64,000 nucleotides of DNA from Thermoplasmata archaeon (GTDB taxonomy: Archaea; Thermoplasmatota; Thermoplasmata; Lutacidiplasmatales; UBA184): assembly GCA_027315455.1 (NCBI GenBank), contig DAHUXZ010000004.1, positions 9,009-73,008 on the forward strand. Reading direction: 5' to 3'. Made by a program: the position numbers and the translations under genes. Of this stretch, positions 28,453 to 37,247 are shown piece after piece. Numbering within the stretch: position 1 is the first letter of the stretch; every line of letters starts with the position of its first letter. The notes below the pieces were generated by a model. It ran no database searches and was not told the origin of the DNA. It saw only the letters and a program-made list of their open reading frames with translations.

Positions 28453-28477
28453 CTCCGCTCCACTAGGACGGGTGCCC

Positions 28478-28969
28478 ATGGACACCGACCGGGAAGGGGC
28501 CAGGGTCCCGTTCACCGAACCCGCCCGCCTCTGGAGCGTCGACGAGGCGAACCAGCGCCTTGACGATCTCCGCGAGCTCCTTCCCCAGCTGCGGGCGTGG
28601 GTCGTCCGCCTGCGCAAGGTCCACGACGAGATCCACCGCCTCTCGGCGTTCTGGGGCCGGGAGGTCGACGCCTCCGACCACCCCGACCGCGCCCTCAAGC
28701 GCCGCCTGGACGCCGAGTGGCGCGACCTGTCGCACCGCCTCGAGGAGAAGGTCGACGCGCTGCGCGACGAGGGGATCGAGGTCAAGGACCTCGAGAGCGG
28801 GCTCATCGACTTCTACGCCCTGCGGGACAACGAGGTCGTCTTCCTCTGCTGGCAGCGCGGGGAGGACGAGGTGGCCTTCTTCCACACCCTGGACGGCGGC
28901 TACACGACGCGGCGGTCCCTGACCGAGGGCCGGCACCGCACCCCGACGCGCTCCCACCGCGGCGCCTAG
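28478..28969 (+). CDS. DUF2203 family protein
   Basis: N-terminal coiled-coil region followed by GIEVKDLESGLIDFYAL.DNEVVFLCWQRGEDEVAFFH, which matches my recollection of DUF2203. The ATG at 28478 is preferred over the tracked GTG at 28472. Confidence 0.65.
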   Translation: MDTDREGARVPFTEPARLWSVDEANQRLDDLRELLPQLRAWVVRLRKVHDEIHRLSAFWGREVDASDHPDRALKRRLDAEWRDLSHRLEEKVDALRDEGIEVKDLESGLIDFYALRDNEVVFLCWQRGEDEVAFFHTLDGGYTTRRSLTEGRHRTPTRSHRGA

Positions 28970-28975
28970 GCGCCG

Positions 28976-29902
28976 TCAGAAGGGGTCGGGCGGCCGTCCG
29001 ACCCAGATCATCGCGCTCGCGGAAAGGAGGAAGGCGACGACCCCGAGGGCGGTCGCGGCGGTGATCGCCCAGTCGAGGAGAGGAAAGGCGGTCGTCGCGC
29101 CGAGCTCGACGAGGGCGATCGGCGCGACCATCGCGCCGACCCCCGCCGACGCGGCGACGACCGGCCGGCGCCCGCGGTAGGCGAAGAGCGCCCCCGCCGC
29201 GGCGAGGAAGCCGCCGATGGCGAGAAGGACCGTCGCCGACCAGAGGTTCGCGACGTACGTCTCGAGGTTGGCGAACGGGCTCTCCGCGATCTGGTCGGCG
29301 GGGTACGTCGCTCCCCCCGACATCGCGACGCTCACCTGCCCGCCGGGCCCGGCGCCGGTCGCCCGGTAGGACGCCGACAGGAACACCGCGATGTTCACCG
29401 TGCGGTAGCCCGGTGCGCTCACGTTGAGGACGGCGGCCCCGGCCGGGATGCCGCGGAATCCGAACTCGCCCGAGGCCGAGGTGGTCACGGTGGTGTTGTA
29501 GCCGGCCTCGGACCGGAGGTTGACGGTCGCTCCGGCGAGCGGAGCGCCGGAGGCGAGGACGACCTTCCCCCCCAGCGAGAACTGCCCCGGCGCGAGCGAG
29601 GAGGCCCCGCCCCAGAGGAGGAAGCCGGCGATCCCGAGGAGGAGCAGCGCGGTCGCGACGAGCGCGGCCGCGGTCACGCGGCCGATGGCCGGTGCGGGCC
29701 GCCGGGGGGCGGGGAGCGCGGGATAAAGGCCCGGGTACGCTTCCCAGCTGAACAGGGGGGGAGGGTCGCGGGGAGCCAGGACCGGAAAGGTCGCACCGCA
29801 CGCCGGGCAGATCACCCAGCCGGCCGCGGTGGTCATCGGCGGGGGGACCGCGACGGCCGCGGCGCATCGCGGGCAGCGCAGCGGGACCCACGGCGTCGCC
29901 AC
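28976..29902 (-). CDS. Membrane protein: N-terminal zinc ribbon, TM, CarboxypepD_reg-like beta-sandwich, C-terminal TM bundle
   Basis: CPRC...CPAC ribbon, then a hydrophobic helix, then GGKVVLASGAPLAGATVNLRS...TSASGEFGFRGIPAG...VSAPGY (carboxypeptidase-regulatory-like pattern), then 3-4 hydrophobic segments. Confidence 0.6.
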   Translation of the reverse strand: MATPWVPLRCPRCAAAVAVPPPMTTAAGWVICPACGATFPVLAPRDPPPLFSWEAYPGLYPALPAPRRPAPAIGRVTAAALVATALLLLGIAGFLLWGGASSLAPGQFSLGGKVVLASGAPLAGATVNLRSEAGYNTTVTTSASGEFGFRGIPAGAAVLNVSAPGYRTVNIAVFLSASYRATGAGPGGQVSVAMSGGATYPADQIAESPFANLETYVANLWSATVLLAIGGFLAAAGALFAYRGRRPVVAASAGVGAMVAPIALVELGATTAFPLLDWAITAATALGVVAFLLSASAMIWVGRPPDPF

Positions 29903-29935
29903 GGCGCTCCCCAGAGGGCGGGGGGCGGATTAGGC

Positions 29936-30535
29936 TTGAGGCGGGCCCTCGCGAAGGTCCATCTGCGCGTCGCGGCGGTCGATGACGGGGCGTTCACCCG
30001 CCGCCACCGCAGCGCCCCCATCGCGGCGGTCATCGTCTCGGTGCCGGGGACGATCGAGGCGGTCCTCCTCGACCGGGTCGAGGTCGACGGGAACGACGCC
30101 ACGGATCGCATCGCGCACCTCCTGAAGGGCTCCGACCACCTCGAGGGGGTCCGCGCGGTGCTGCTCGACGGGGTCGTCGTCGGTGGCTTCAACGTCATCG
30201 ACCTCCCCGCGCTCGCCCGGCGCCTTAACCGTCCGCTCGTCGCCGTCACCCGGCGGCGGCCGGACCTTCCCCGCCTCCGGGCGGCGATCGGGAAGTACTT
30301 CCCGCAGGATGCGGCGCGACGGTGGCGCCGGCTCACCGCCCGACCGCTGTTCCGGGTGCCGACCGCCGGGGCCCCGATCTACGCCGCGTGCGTCGGCTGC
30401 ACCCGGGCCGAGGCGATCGAGCTCGTGCGCCGCACGACGGTCCGCGGCTTTTGGCCGGAGCCGCTCAAGGTCGCGCATCTCATCGCGAGCGCCGCCGGGA
30501 CCCCGGGCGCCCGACGCGTACGGACGAACGCTTAA
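29936..30535 (+). CDS. DUF99/UPF0215 family protein (endonuclease-V-like fold)
   Basis: AAVDDGAF..., VDGNDATD, LLDGVVVGGFNVIDL and PEPLKVAHLIASA blocks are typical of archaeal UPF0215. A non-ATG (TTG) start is inferred. Confidence 0.75.
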   Translation: MRRALAKVHLRVAAVDDGAFTRRHRSAPIAAVIVSVPGTIEAVLLDRVEVDGNDATDRIAHLLKGSDHLEGVRAVLLDGVVVGGFNVIDLPALARRLNRPLVAVTRRRPDLPRLRAAIGKYFPQDAARRWRRLTARPLFRVPTAGAPIYAACVGCTRAEAIELVRRTTVRGFWPEPLKVAHLIASAAGTPGARRVRTNA

Positions 30536-30560
30536 GGGGGCGGCCGGGGATGTGGAGGCC

Positions 30561-30668
30561 GGGCCTGTAGCTTAGCTTGGACAAAGTACTGGCCTTCTAA
30601 GCCAGCAATCTCGGGTTCAAACGCCGCCGGGGGACGGACCCTCGCGGGGGAGACTCCCGACAGGCCCG
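30561..30668 (+). tRNA. tRNA-Arg (anticodon UCU) interrupted by a 33-nt insertion in the T-loop
   Basis: Manual cloverleaf:
- Acceptor GGGCCTG/CAGGCCC.
- D-arm GCTT-AGCTTGGACA-AAGT.
- Anticodon arm CTGGC-CTTCTAA-GCCAG.
- Variable loop CAATC.
- T-stem TCGGG/CCCGA, all paired.
The T-loop TTCAAA is separated from T+CCCGA by 33 nt. No CCA is encoded. Confidence 0.85.
30622..30654 (+). other. Putative non-canonical tRNA intron (T-loop, position about 59/60)
   Basis: Sequence CGCCGCCGGGGGACGGACCCTCGCGGGGGAGAC. Removing it restores the 7-nt T-loop TTCAAAT. It contains an internal hairpin (GGGGG-ACGGA-CCCTC). Confidence 0.7.
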
Positions 30669-30669
30669 T

Positions 30670-31746
30670 CTACGCCGGTCCGGCCCCTGCGCTCCCTTGG
30701 ACCTCCGCGTCGCAGCGGGCGCACACGATCCCCTTCCAGTTCGGGGGGAGGGCGTCGCCGCAGAGCGGGCAGGTGGCGCGGGCGTCGGCCGCCGCGATGA
30801 GCTCGAGGACGCTCGTCCGCAACTGGGGGTTCGGCAGCGGGGGAAGGGCGTCGTCCCGCGGCGCCGGCACGAGGGGAAGGACCGGGTCGAAGCGCGGGCG
30901 GTAGATCCCCGTCCGCCGGTCGAGGGTCGCGAGCCCCCGGGCGGCCAGCGCGTCGAGCGCCGAGGCCGCCAGCTCGCGGACCCCCCCGAGGACCTGGCCG
31001 AGCTCGAGCGGGCTTATCCCGTGCGTCTCGCTCAGCACCTCGAGCGCACGGGCGGTGATCGGGGAGAGCTCGCCCCGGGCGACGAGGCTGTCGAGGGCGT
31101 AGGCGAGGCGCGGGGGCCGCCGGACGCGGCGGGACAGGGCGAGGCGGCCGGCGCGCCGGTCCCTCAGGAGGTGGCCGCTGACCAGGTCGAGGTCGTAGCG
31201 CAGCCGGTCGTCGGAGCGGTAGACGAGCAGGGTCGTCGAGAGCGGGACGATCCCCGTCGTCCGGACCAGCTCGGCGACCTCGGGGAGCGTGAGCAGGCGG
31301 TCGATGCGGCCCCGCGCGGCGGCGACCGGGTCGCCGGCCTCCTCCTCGACGCGGGAGCGGGGCACGTACAGCTCCCGGAGGGCGAAGCGGCCGATCGCCC
31401 GGCGGGCCGGGGCCGATCCGAGGGGGGTGATGTCGGCGCTCCCGTCGGCGTTGAGCTCGATCGACCGGAACGGCACGAGCCAGTCCCACGCGCTCCCGTC
31501 GGGCGGGGGCGCGGCGAGGAAGATCTTCCCCCGGTCGAACGGCGCCGAGTCGTCGCCGAGGGCGTCGAAGACGGACCAGACCGGACGCCCGCCGAACTCG
31601 AGCGAGAGCTCGGCGAGCGGCGGCGGACGATGGGCGAGGTACTCCTGGACCGTCCGCCCGAGCGCGGACTCGGAGTAGGCGTCGTGGCTGGCCGGGCTGC
31701 GCCGCCGCGCGAAGGCGTTGAGCTCATCGAGCGACGCGCCGGGCAC
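30670..31746 (-). CDS. Hypothetical protein with central wHTH-like segment and C-terminal zinc ribbon
   Basis: 358-aa ORF overlapping the upstream GT4 gene by 23 nt (coupled). C-terminus CPLCGDALPPNWKGIVCARC. I recognise no family for the N-terminal ~200 aa. Confidence 0.6.
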   Translation of the reverse strand: MPGASLDELNAFARRRSPASHDAYSESALGRTVQEYLAHRPPPLAELSLEFGGRPVWSVFDALGDDSAPFDRGKIFLAAPPPDGSAWDWLVPFRSIELNADGSADITPLGSAPARRAIGRFALRELYVPRSRVEEEAGDPVAAARGRIDRLLTLPEVAELVRTTGIVPLSTTLLVYRSDDRLRYDLDLVSGHLLRDRRAGRLALSRRVRRPPRLAYALDSLVARGELSPITARALEVLSETHGISPLELGQVLGGVRELAASALDALAARGLATLDRRTGIYRPRFDPVLPLVPAPRDDALPPLPNPQLRTSVLELIAAADARATCPLCGDALPPNWKGIVCARCDAEVQGSAGAGPA

Positions 31747-32929
31747 CTTGAGCTCGCTCCCCCAAGAGCAACTCGTAGAGAGAGATAAACCGTCGGGCGG
31801 TCGCGTCGATCGAGGCGGTGCGGCCCACGTAGCGTCGCGCCGCCTCGCCGAGCCGCCGGCGCCCGTCCGGGTCGGTCAAGAGGCCGGCGATCGCCGACGC
31901 GAGGCCGGCGGAAGACCGCGGGTCGACGACGCGACCGGTCGTCCCGTCCTCGACGATGTCCGCGGGCCCGCCGACGCTCGACACGACGCACGCGGCGCCG
32001 GCCGCCATCGCCTCGAGCAGCGCGACGGAGGAGGTGTCCGAGGTCGACGGAAGGACGAAGACCGAGGTCTGGGCGAGGAGCGCCGGCTTCTCCTCCTCGG
32101 CGACGGGTCCCAGGTAGCGGACCCGGCGCGCGAGCACCGCCTCGTCGCGCAGGCGCGCGCGGACCCGGTCGGCCTCGGGGCCGCTGCCGGCGACGACCGC
32201 CCGGAACGGCGGGTCCCCGGGGATCGCCGCGACGGCGTCCAGGAAGCGGTGGACGCCCTTGTCCACCGTCAGGCGGCCGAGGTAGGTGACGAGCGGGGCG
32301 TCGGGGAGCCCGCAGCGCTCCCTCCAGTCGGGGACCGAGATCCCCGGGCGGAAGCGGTCGACCTCGATGCCGTTCGGGACGACCTCCACGGCCCGCCGGA
32401 ACGGCTTGCCGGCGCTCCCGAGGAGGGCGCGCCGGGCGGCGTCGGTCGGGGCGGTCGTGATATCGCACCTCCAGTAGGTGCCGAGGGTGTACCACCGGGC
32501 GGCCGCGAAGAACAACCCGACGAGCGGGTTCGCCGGGAAGCTCGAGCGCATCTCCCAGACGTTCGTGTGGAACGTGCCCACGAGGGGCTTGCCGTAACGG
32601 CGGGCGGACAAGAAGCCGGCGCTCCCCATCATCCCCGGGGTGTGGACGTGGACGACATCCACCCCGGCCAGGTGCTCGCCGCGGAGCCGAAGGAACGGGA
32701 ACAGGGCCCAGCGGTACTCGGCGTAGAGCGGGACCGGGAGCGAGCGCACGCGGACGACGGGGATCCCGTCGACCACGTCCCGGCGGCTCGGCGCGCCGAC
32801 GGTGGGATGCGTCGTGAAGACGCGGACCCCATGGCCGAGGCGCACGAGCGCGCGGGCGAGATCGCTCACCTCGACGGCGACGCCATCGCGGGTGGGGGGG
32901 AAGGTCTCCGTGAAGAACGCGATCTCCAT
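31724..32929 (-). CDS. Family 4 glycosyltransferase (GT-B, GT4)
   Basis: MEIAFFTETFPPTRDGVAVEV N-terminus and the C-terminal EX7E-type region (PSTSDTSSVALLEAMAAGAACV). Confidence 0.85.
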   Translation of the reverse strand: MEIAFFTETFPPTRDGVAVEVSDLARALVRLGHGVRVFTTHPTVGAPSRRDVVDGIPVVRVRSLPVPLYAEYRWALFPFLRLRGEHLAGVDVVHVHTPGMMGSAGFLSARRYGKPLVGTFHTNVWEMRSSFPANPLVGLFFAAARWYTLGTYWRCDITTAPTDAARRALLGSAGKPFRRAVEVVPNGIEVDRFRPGISVPDWRERCGLPDAPLVTYLGRLTVDKGVHRFLDAVAAIPGDPPFRAVVAGSGPEADRVRARLRDEAVLARRVRYLGPVAEEEKPALLAQTSVFVLPSTSDTSSVALLEAMAAGAACVVSSVGGPADIVEDGTTGRVVDPRSSAGLASAIAGLLTDPDGRRRLGEAARRYVGRTASIDATARRFISLYELLLGERAQGARRVAR

Positions 32930-32944
32930 CGGTGCGGCCCGCCG

Positions 32945-33718
32945 TCAGAGTAGGTTGGTGAAGGAACGCTGGAGCAGGCTCAACGTCCGGTCCTCGACGC
33001 CCTTCGGGTCGACGGAGAGGACCACCGTCGACCCCGTCGCCTGCGCCGTCTGGGTCGCCCAGGCGACGAACCGCAGCATCGGGTCGACGCCGTGCTCCGT
33101 CGCCATGATCTCGAAGACGTCGAGGTAGACGAGGGCGCCGCCGGGTCCCTCCATCGCGGCGCGCAGACGGCCCGAGAGGTCCGTCGGCGAGGTCGGGCCG
33201 GTCGCGCCGGGGCCGACCCGCAGGACGGTGAGACGCCCCGGGTCGATGCCCGGAAGCGCGGGGGGCCGGAAGCTCGCGACCAGGAGACGGGGGTAGGCGG
33301 CCCCGTTCGCCTCGACGAACGCGACGGCGCGCAGGGGGCGCTCCTCCCGGAAGAGATAGCTCTCCCCGGGGGAGAGGACGGGGACGACCCGCTCCCCGGG
33401 GGCGGGACGCGCGGCCGCGGGGACGAGGGGGGCCGGAGCCGGGGGCCGGAAAAGGGCGCTCCAGCTCGGCTGGCGGGGGGGACCGGTGAGGCTGCGGCGC
33501 TTGAGCTCGACGTCGTCCCGGAGGCGGGCGAGCCGGCTCTCGATGAGCATCCGGAGCTCCTGGACGGTGTGGCCGCGCGCGGCGTGCCCGAGGACCTCGC
33601 GCAGCGCCTCCCGTAGGCCTTCGCCGTACCCGTCCGCGTACGCCCGGGCGAACTCATCGTCGGCCCCGGGGTCGGGCCGGCGGGGGCCGTTCCCGTTCGA
33701 CGGGGACGGGCCGCTCAC
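32945..33718 (-). CDS. DUF835 domain-containing protein
   Basis: The C-terminal ~140 aa (SPGESYLFREERP...VYLDVFEIMATEHGVDPMLRFVAWATQTAQATGSTVVLSVDPKGVE) resemble the archaeal DUF835 pattern. The call rests on my recollection of the family. Confidence 0.5.
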   Translation of the reverse strand: MSGPSPSNGNGPRRPDPGADDEFARAYADGYGEGLREALREVLGHAARGHTVQELRMLIESRLARLRDDVELKRRSLTGPPRQPSWSALFRPPAPAPLVPAAARPAPGERVVPVLSPGESYLFREERPLRAVAFVEANGAAYPRLLVASFRPPALPGIDPGRLTVLRVGPGATGPTSPTDLSGRLRAAMEGPGGALVYLDVFEIMATEHGVDPMLRFVAWATQTAQATGSTVVLSVDPKGVEDRTLSLLQRSFTNLL

Positions 33719-34206
33719 GCCCGCGCGGCCCCGGCCCCGGGACCCGGGGCTACCGGGGCCGTCCCGCGGGGCCCGCGGGGCGCCGGGGCCGCGCCGCCGC
33801 TGTCCGCCGGGGCGAACTTGTAGCCGTAGTGGATGACGCCGGCCCGGCCGTCCTCGCGCAGCTTGCGGAAGGTGGCCCGTACCTTGAGGCCGATCCGGAC
33901 CGTGTGCGGGTCGACGTCGACGACCTGACCGGTGAGCGTCGGGCCTTCGCGGGTCCGCACGAGGGCGACCACGTACGGGACCTGCATCTCGAAGCCCTCG
34001 GCGGCGTCGTGGACGACGGAATAGGTGATGACCTCGCCCTCACCCGAAAGCTGGAACGGCTCGAGCTTGCCGATCGACTGGCGGTGCGTCGAGCAGGTCG
34101 GGCAGACCGACCGGGGCGGGAAGTACACCGTCCGGCAGTTCGTGCAGCGCGACCCGCCGAGGTTGTAGCGTCGGGGCGTCTCTCTCCAGAATCGTGCGAT
34201 CGCCAT
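33715..34206 (-). CDS. DUF35 OB-fold/zinc-ribbon protein (scaffold of the archaeal thiolase/HMGCS complex)
   Basis: CTNCRTVYFPPRSVCPTC ribbon plus an OB fold. It sits immediately downstream of the thiolase and HMG-CoA synthase genes. Confidence 0.85.
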   Translation of the reverse strand: MAIARFWRETPRRYNLGGSRCTNCRTVYFPPRSVCPTCSTHRQSIGKLEPFQLSGEGEVITYSVVHDAAEGFEMQVPYVVALVRTREGPTLTGQVVDVDPHTVRIGLKVRATFRKLREDGRAGVIHYGYKFAPADSGGAAPAPRGPRGTAPVAPGPGAGAARA

Positions 34207-34219
34207 GACACTCCTCCGT

Positions 34220-35389
34220 TCAGTTGACCCTCTCGAGCAGGTGGACGACGCTCGTCGCCCCCGTGCCTCCCACGTCGTGGAGGAGGCCGAGGTTCGTCGC
34301 GGGGGCCTGCCGTTCCTTCGCCTCGCCCCTCAGCTGGCGGACGACCTCGACGGCCTGGGCGACGCCCACGGCCCCGAACGGGCAGCCCTGCGCCTTGAGC
34401 CCACCGGACGGGTTGACGGTGAGCTTCTGGCCCAGGGCGAACTGGCCCGCGGCGAACGCGGGTCCGCTCTGGCCCTTCGGCACGAAGCCGAGGTCCTCGA
34501 GCGCGAGCAGCGCCGAGATCGTGAAGCCATCGTGGACCTCGGCGACCCCGACGTCCTCCGGCGCCCGCCGCGCCTGGGCGAACGCCCGCTTCGCGGCGAC
34601 GACCGTCGAATCGATCGTCGTGAGGTCCCGGCGATGATGGAGCGCCATCGTATCGCAGGCGACCTGGCTGGCCACGATGCGGATGGGGGTATCGGTGAAC
34701 TTGCGCGCCCGCTCGAGCGGGCCGAGGACGACCGCGGCCGCCCCGTCGGAGAGCGGGGCGCAGTCGAGCATCCCGAGCGGTTCCGCGACCGGCGTCGCCC
34801 GGAGGACCTGGTCGAGCGTGAGGCGGTTGCGGTAGTGGGCGTTCGGGTTCTTCGCCCCCATCTCGTGCGCCTGGACGGCGACGCTCGCGAGCGCCTCGCG
34901 GGTGGTGCCGTAGTCGTGCATGTGGCGACGGGCCATCATCGCCCAGAGGGCGGGCAGGGTCGCCCCGAAGACCTCCTCCCACTCGTGGTCCGCCGTCGAA
35001 TTGATGATGCGGTTCGCCTCGGTGTCGGCGACATCGGTGAGCTTCTCCGCCCCGCCGACGACGACGAAGTCGTGCGCCCCGCTCGCCACGGCGAGGTATC
35101 CCTGGTGGAGGGCGAGCGCCCCGGAGGCGCCGCCGCCCTCGATCCGGACCGCCTCGAGGTGGTGGCCGGCGAGGCCGGCGTAGTCGAGGATGAGGGGCGC
35201 GATGTGCTCCTGGTCGATCAGCGAGCCGCTGGCCATGTTGCCCATGTAGAGCGCGCCGAGGTCCCCGCTCGAGAGCTTCGCGTCGACGAGCGCCTGGAAG
35301 CCGGCTTCGATCCCGATCTCCCGGAACGACCGGTCCCAGAGCTCGCCGAACCGCGTCATCCCGGCGCCGAGGATCGCGACCTCGCGCAT
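34220..35389 (-). CDS. Archaeal-type acetoacetyl-CoA thiolase
   Basis: SCP-x-like thiolase fold. C-terminal block GGLKAQGCPFGAVGVAQAVEVVRQLRGEA. Confidence 0.9.
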   Translation of the reverse strand: MREVAILGAGMTRFGELWDRSFREIGIEAGFQALVDAKLSSGDLGALYMGNMASGSLIDQEHIAPLILDYAGLAGHHLEAVRIEGGGASGALALHQGYLAVASGAHDFVVVGGAEKLTDVADTEANRIINSTADHEWEEVFGATLPALWAMMARRHMHDYGTTREALASVAVQAHEMGAKNPNAHYRNRLTLDQVLRATPVAEPLGMLDCAPLSDGAAAVVLGPLERARKFTDTPIRIVASQVACDTMALHHRRDLTTIDSTVVAAKRAFAQARRAPEDVGVAEVHDGFTISALLALEDLGFVPKGQSGPAFAAGQFALGQKLTVNPSGGLKAQGCPFGAVGVAQAVEVVRQLRGEAKERQAPATNLGLLHDVGGTGATSVVHLLERVN

Positions 35390-35391
35390 CG

Positions 35392-36444
35392 TTACGTCCC
35401 CCCCATGTGGATCTTCCCGCGGTACTTCGCGTACGTCGCGTAGTTCAGCTCGATGCCCTGGTCGAGATACTCCTGGACCGGAAGACCGTAGCTCCGGTCG
35501 AACCGGGCGATCTCGTCCGTCGTCTCGATGTCGAACGCGTCCGAGCCGGCGCCGCTCCCGTAGCCGACGACGAGGATCCGCTGGCCGGGGGCGGCGCGGT
35601 CGAGGACGTTCGCGAGGCCGAGGAGGGCGGCCCCGGAGTAGGTGTTGCCGATGTAGGGGGTGACGAGGCCGTAGCGCATCTGCTCGTCGGTGAACCCGAG
35701 CTGCTTACCGATGCGCTGGGGGAACTTCCCGTTCGGCTGGTGGAAGACGACGTGGGCGTAGTCGCGCGGCGTCGTGCCGACCTCCTCCATGATGCGCCGG
35801 GCGCACTCGCCGACGTGGCGGAAGTAGGCCGGCTCGCCGGTGAAGCGGCCGCCATGGCTCGGGTAGCGCTGGCCCTCGCGGCGCCAGAAGTCGGGCGTGT
35901 CGGTCGTGTAGGAGAGGGTGCGGTGCACCTGCGCGATCACCCGTTCCCTCCCGATGACGAGCGCCGCGCCGCCCGCGCTCGCGCTGTACTCGAGCGCGTC
36001 TCCCGGGGCGCCCTGCGACGTGTCGGAGCCGATGGCGACCCCGTAGCGGATCATCCCCGAGGCGACGAGGCCGAGGCACGTCTGGATCGCCGCCGTCCCC
36101 GCCTTGCAGGCGAACTCGAAGTCGGCCGCCGTCAGGTTCGGGGTCGCCCCCACGGCCTGCGCCACCACGGAGGCCGTCGGCTTGACCGCGTAGGGGTGGG
36201 ACTCGCTCCCCACGTAGATCGCCCCGAGCTCCTGCGGGTCGATGGCCCCGCGGAGGAGCGCCGTCCGCAGCGCCTCGGTGCTGATCGTGATCGTGTCCTC
36301 GTCCGGCGCCGGCACGCTCTTGCGGTGGACGTTCAGGCCCTGGCCCATCGCCGTCCCGTCGGTCCCCCAGACCTTCCCGATCTCCTCCGGCGTGATCCGG
36401 TAGCGCGGCACGTAGGCGCCGTAACTCACGATCCCTGCGTCCAT
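35392..36444 (-). CDS. Hydroxymethylglutaryl-CoA synthase (archaeal)
   Basis: Conserved blocks [20 protein letters not shown] and HQPNGKFP. First gene of the HMGCS-thiolase-DUF35 trio. Confidence 0.9.
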   Translation of the reverse strand: MDAGIVSYGAYVPRYRITPEEIGKVWGTDGTAMGQGLNVHRKSVPAPDEDTITISTEALRTALLRGAIDPQELGAIYVGSESHPYAVKPTASVVAQAVGATPNLTAADFEFACKAGTAAIQTCLGLVASGMIRYGVAIGSDTSQGAPGDALEYSASAGGAALVIGRERVIAQVHRTLSYTTDTPDFWRREGQRYPSHGGRFTGEPAYFRHVGECARRIMEEVGTTPRDYAHVVFHQPNGKFPQRIGKQLGFTDEQMRYGLVTPYIGNTYSGAALLGLANVLDRAAPGQRILVVGYGSGAGSDAFDIETTDEIARFDRSYGLPVQEYLDQGIELNYATYAKYRGKIHMGGT

Positions 36445-36466
36445 GGCTGCTTCACTCCCCCTTCGC

Positions 36467-37144
36467 CTAGAGCTCCTCGAGGCGCTCGAGCACCTCGGCG
36501 GCGCCGTACGGCGTGGTCAGGAGAGGGATGTTCTCGACCTCACTGAGCCGGACCGCGAGCGGGTCGACGCGGCCGGGGTTAGAGAGGACGACGGCCGCCG
36601 GCTTGAGCGGGTGGGCGCGGATCGCCACCATCGGGGAGCGGCCGTACTTGACGTTGGCGAAGATCAGCGCCCGCTGGGTCGTCCAGCCGTACATCTCCAC
36701 GAAGTGGGAGGCGTCGATCGACAGGATCGCCCGGGGGGCATCGACCAGGGTAAACCCATGGATGTCCCGGTGAAGGTCGACGCGGCTCGCCATCTTCGCC
36801 TCGAGGGCGTCGGCGAGGGATTTGAGCGGCACCGCGACGGAGAACTCGCGCATCCCCAGGATCCCCTCGGAGTGCGGGCGCCGCCCGAGCCGCGCCGACA
36901 CCTTCCCGCCGCTCTGCTGGTCGAGCGCGAGGAGGGCGTGGACGTACTTCCGGATGAAGCCGGCACCGGGACTCGCCCGGCGCTCCGCCTCGTAGTCGCT
37001 GACGACCGACGGGACGGTCGAGAGGGACCGGGCCAGGTCCCGCTGCGAGACCCCGAAGTCCTCGCGCCACTTGCGAAGGGTGCGTCCCGGGTGGGCCGAG
37101 AGGACGACCTCCCCGGCGATCTTCTCCTCGATGGTGGTGTCCAC
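36467..37144 (-). CDS. Archaeal HTH (XRE-type) transcriptional regulator, COG1395-like
   Basis: [37 protein letters not shown]...[14 protein letters not shown]. The GTG at 37144 lies 25-30 nt downstream of TTTATA (leaderless spacing). An in-frame ATG at 37189 is the alternative start. Confidence 0.7.
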   Translation of the reverse strand: MDTTIEEKIAGEVVLSAHPGRTLRKWREDFGVSQRDLARSLSTVPSVVSDYEAERRASPGAGFIRKYVHALLALDQQSGGKVSARLGRRPHSEGILGMREFSVAVPLKSLADALEAKMASRVDLHRDIHGFTLVDAPRAILSIDASHFVEMYGWTTQRALIFANVKYGRSPMVAIRAHPLKPAAVVLSNPGRVDPLAVRLSEVENIPLLTTPYGAAEVLERLEEL

Positions 37145-37168
37145 GGGTCCCTCGGAGGAGGGGTGCGG

Positions 37169-37174
37169 TATAAA
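37169..37174 (-). promoter_or_regulatory. TATA box (TTTATA on the minus strand) for the COG1395-like regulator
   Basis: AT island 25-30 nt upstream of the GTG at 37144. Confidence 0.45.
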
Positions 37175-37247
37175 GCGGTGCCTCCGCATGTCGTCCGGGG
37201 GGTTCGACACCGGACGAACTCGCCCGCGATCCGGGCGAGCGGAGGAG

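Noticed and set aside
37193-37215. GTCCGG-GGGGTTCGACA-CCGGAC hairpin containing a GTTCGA motif, considered as the T-arm of a further tRNA.
   Set aside because: The loop is 11 nt rather than 7, and no acceptor, D or anticodon arms can be built around it.
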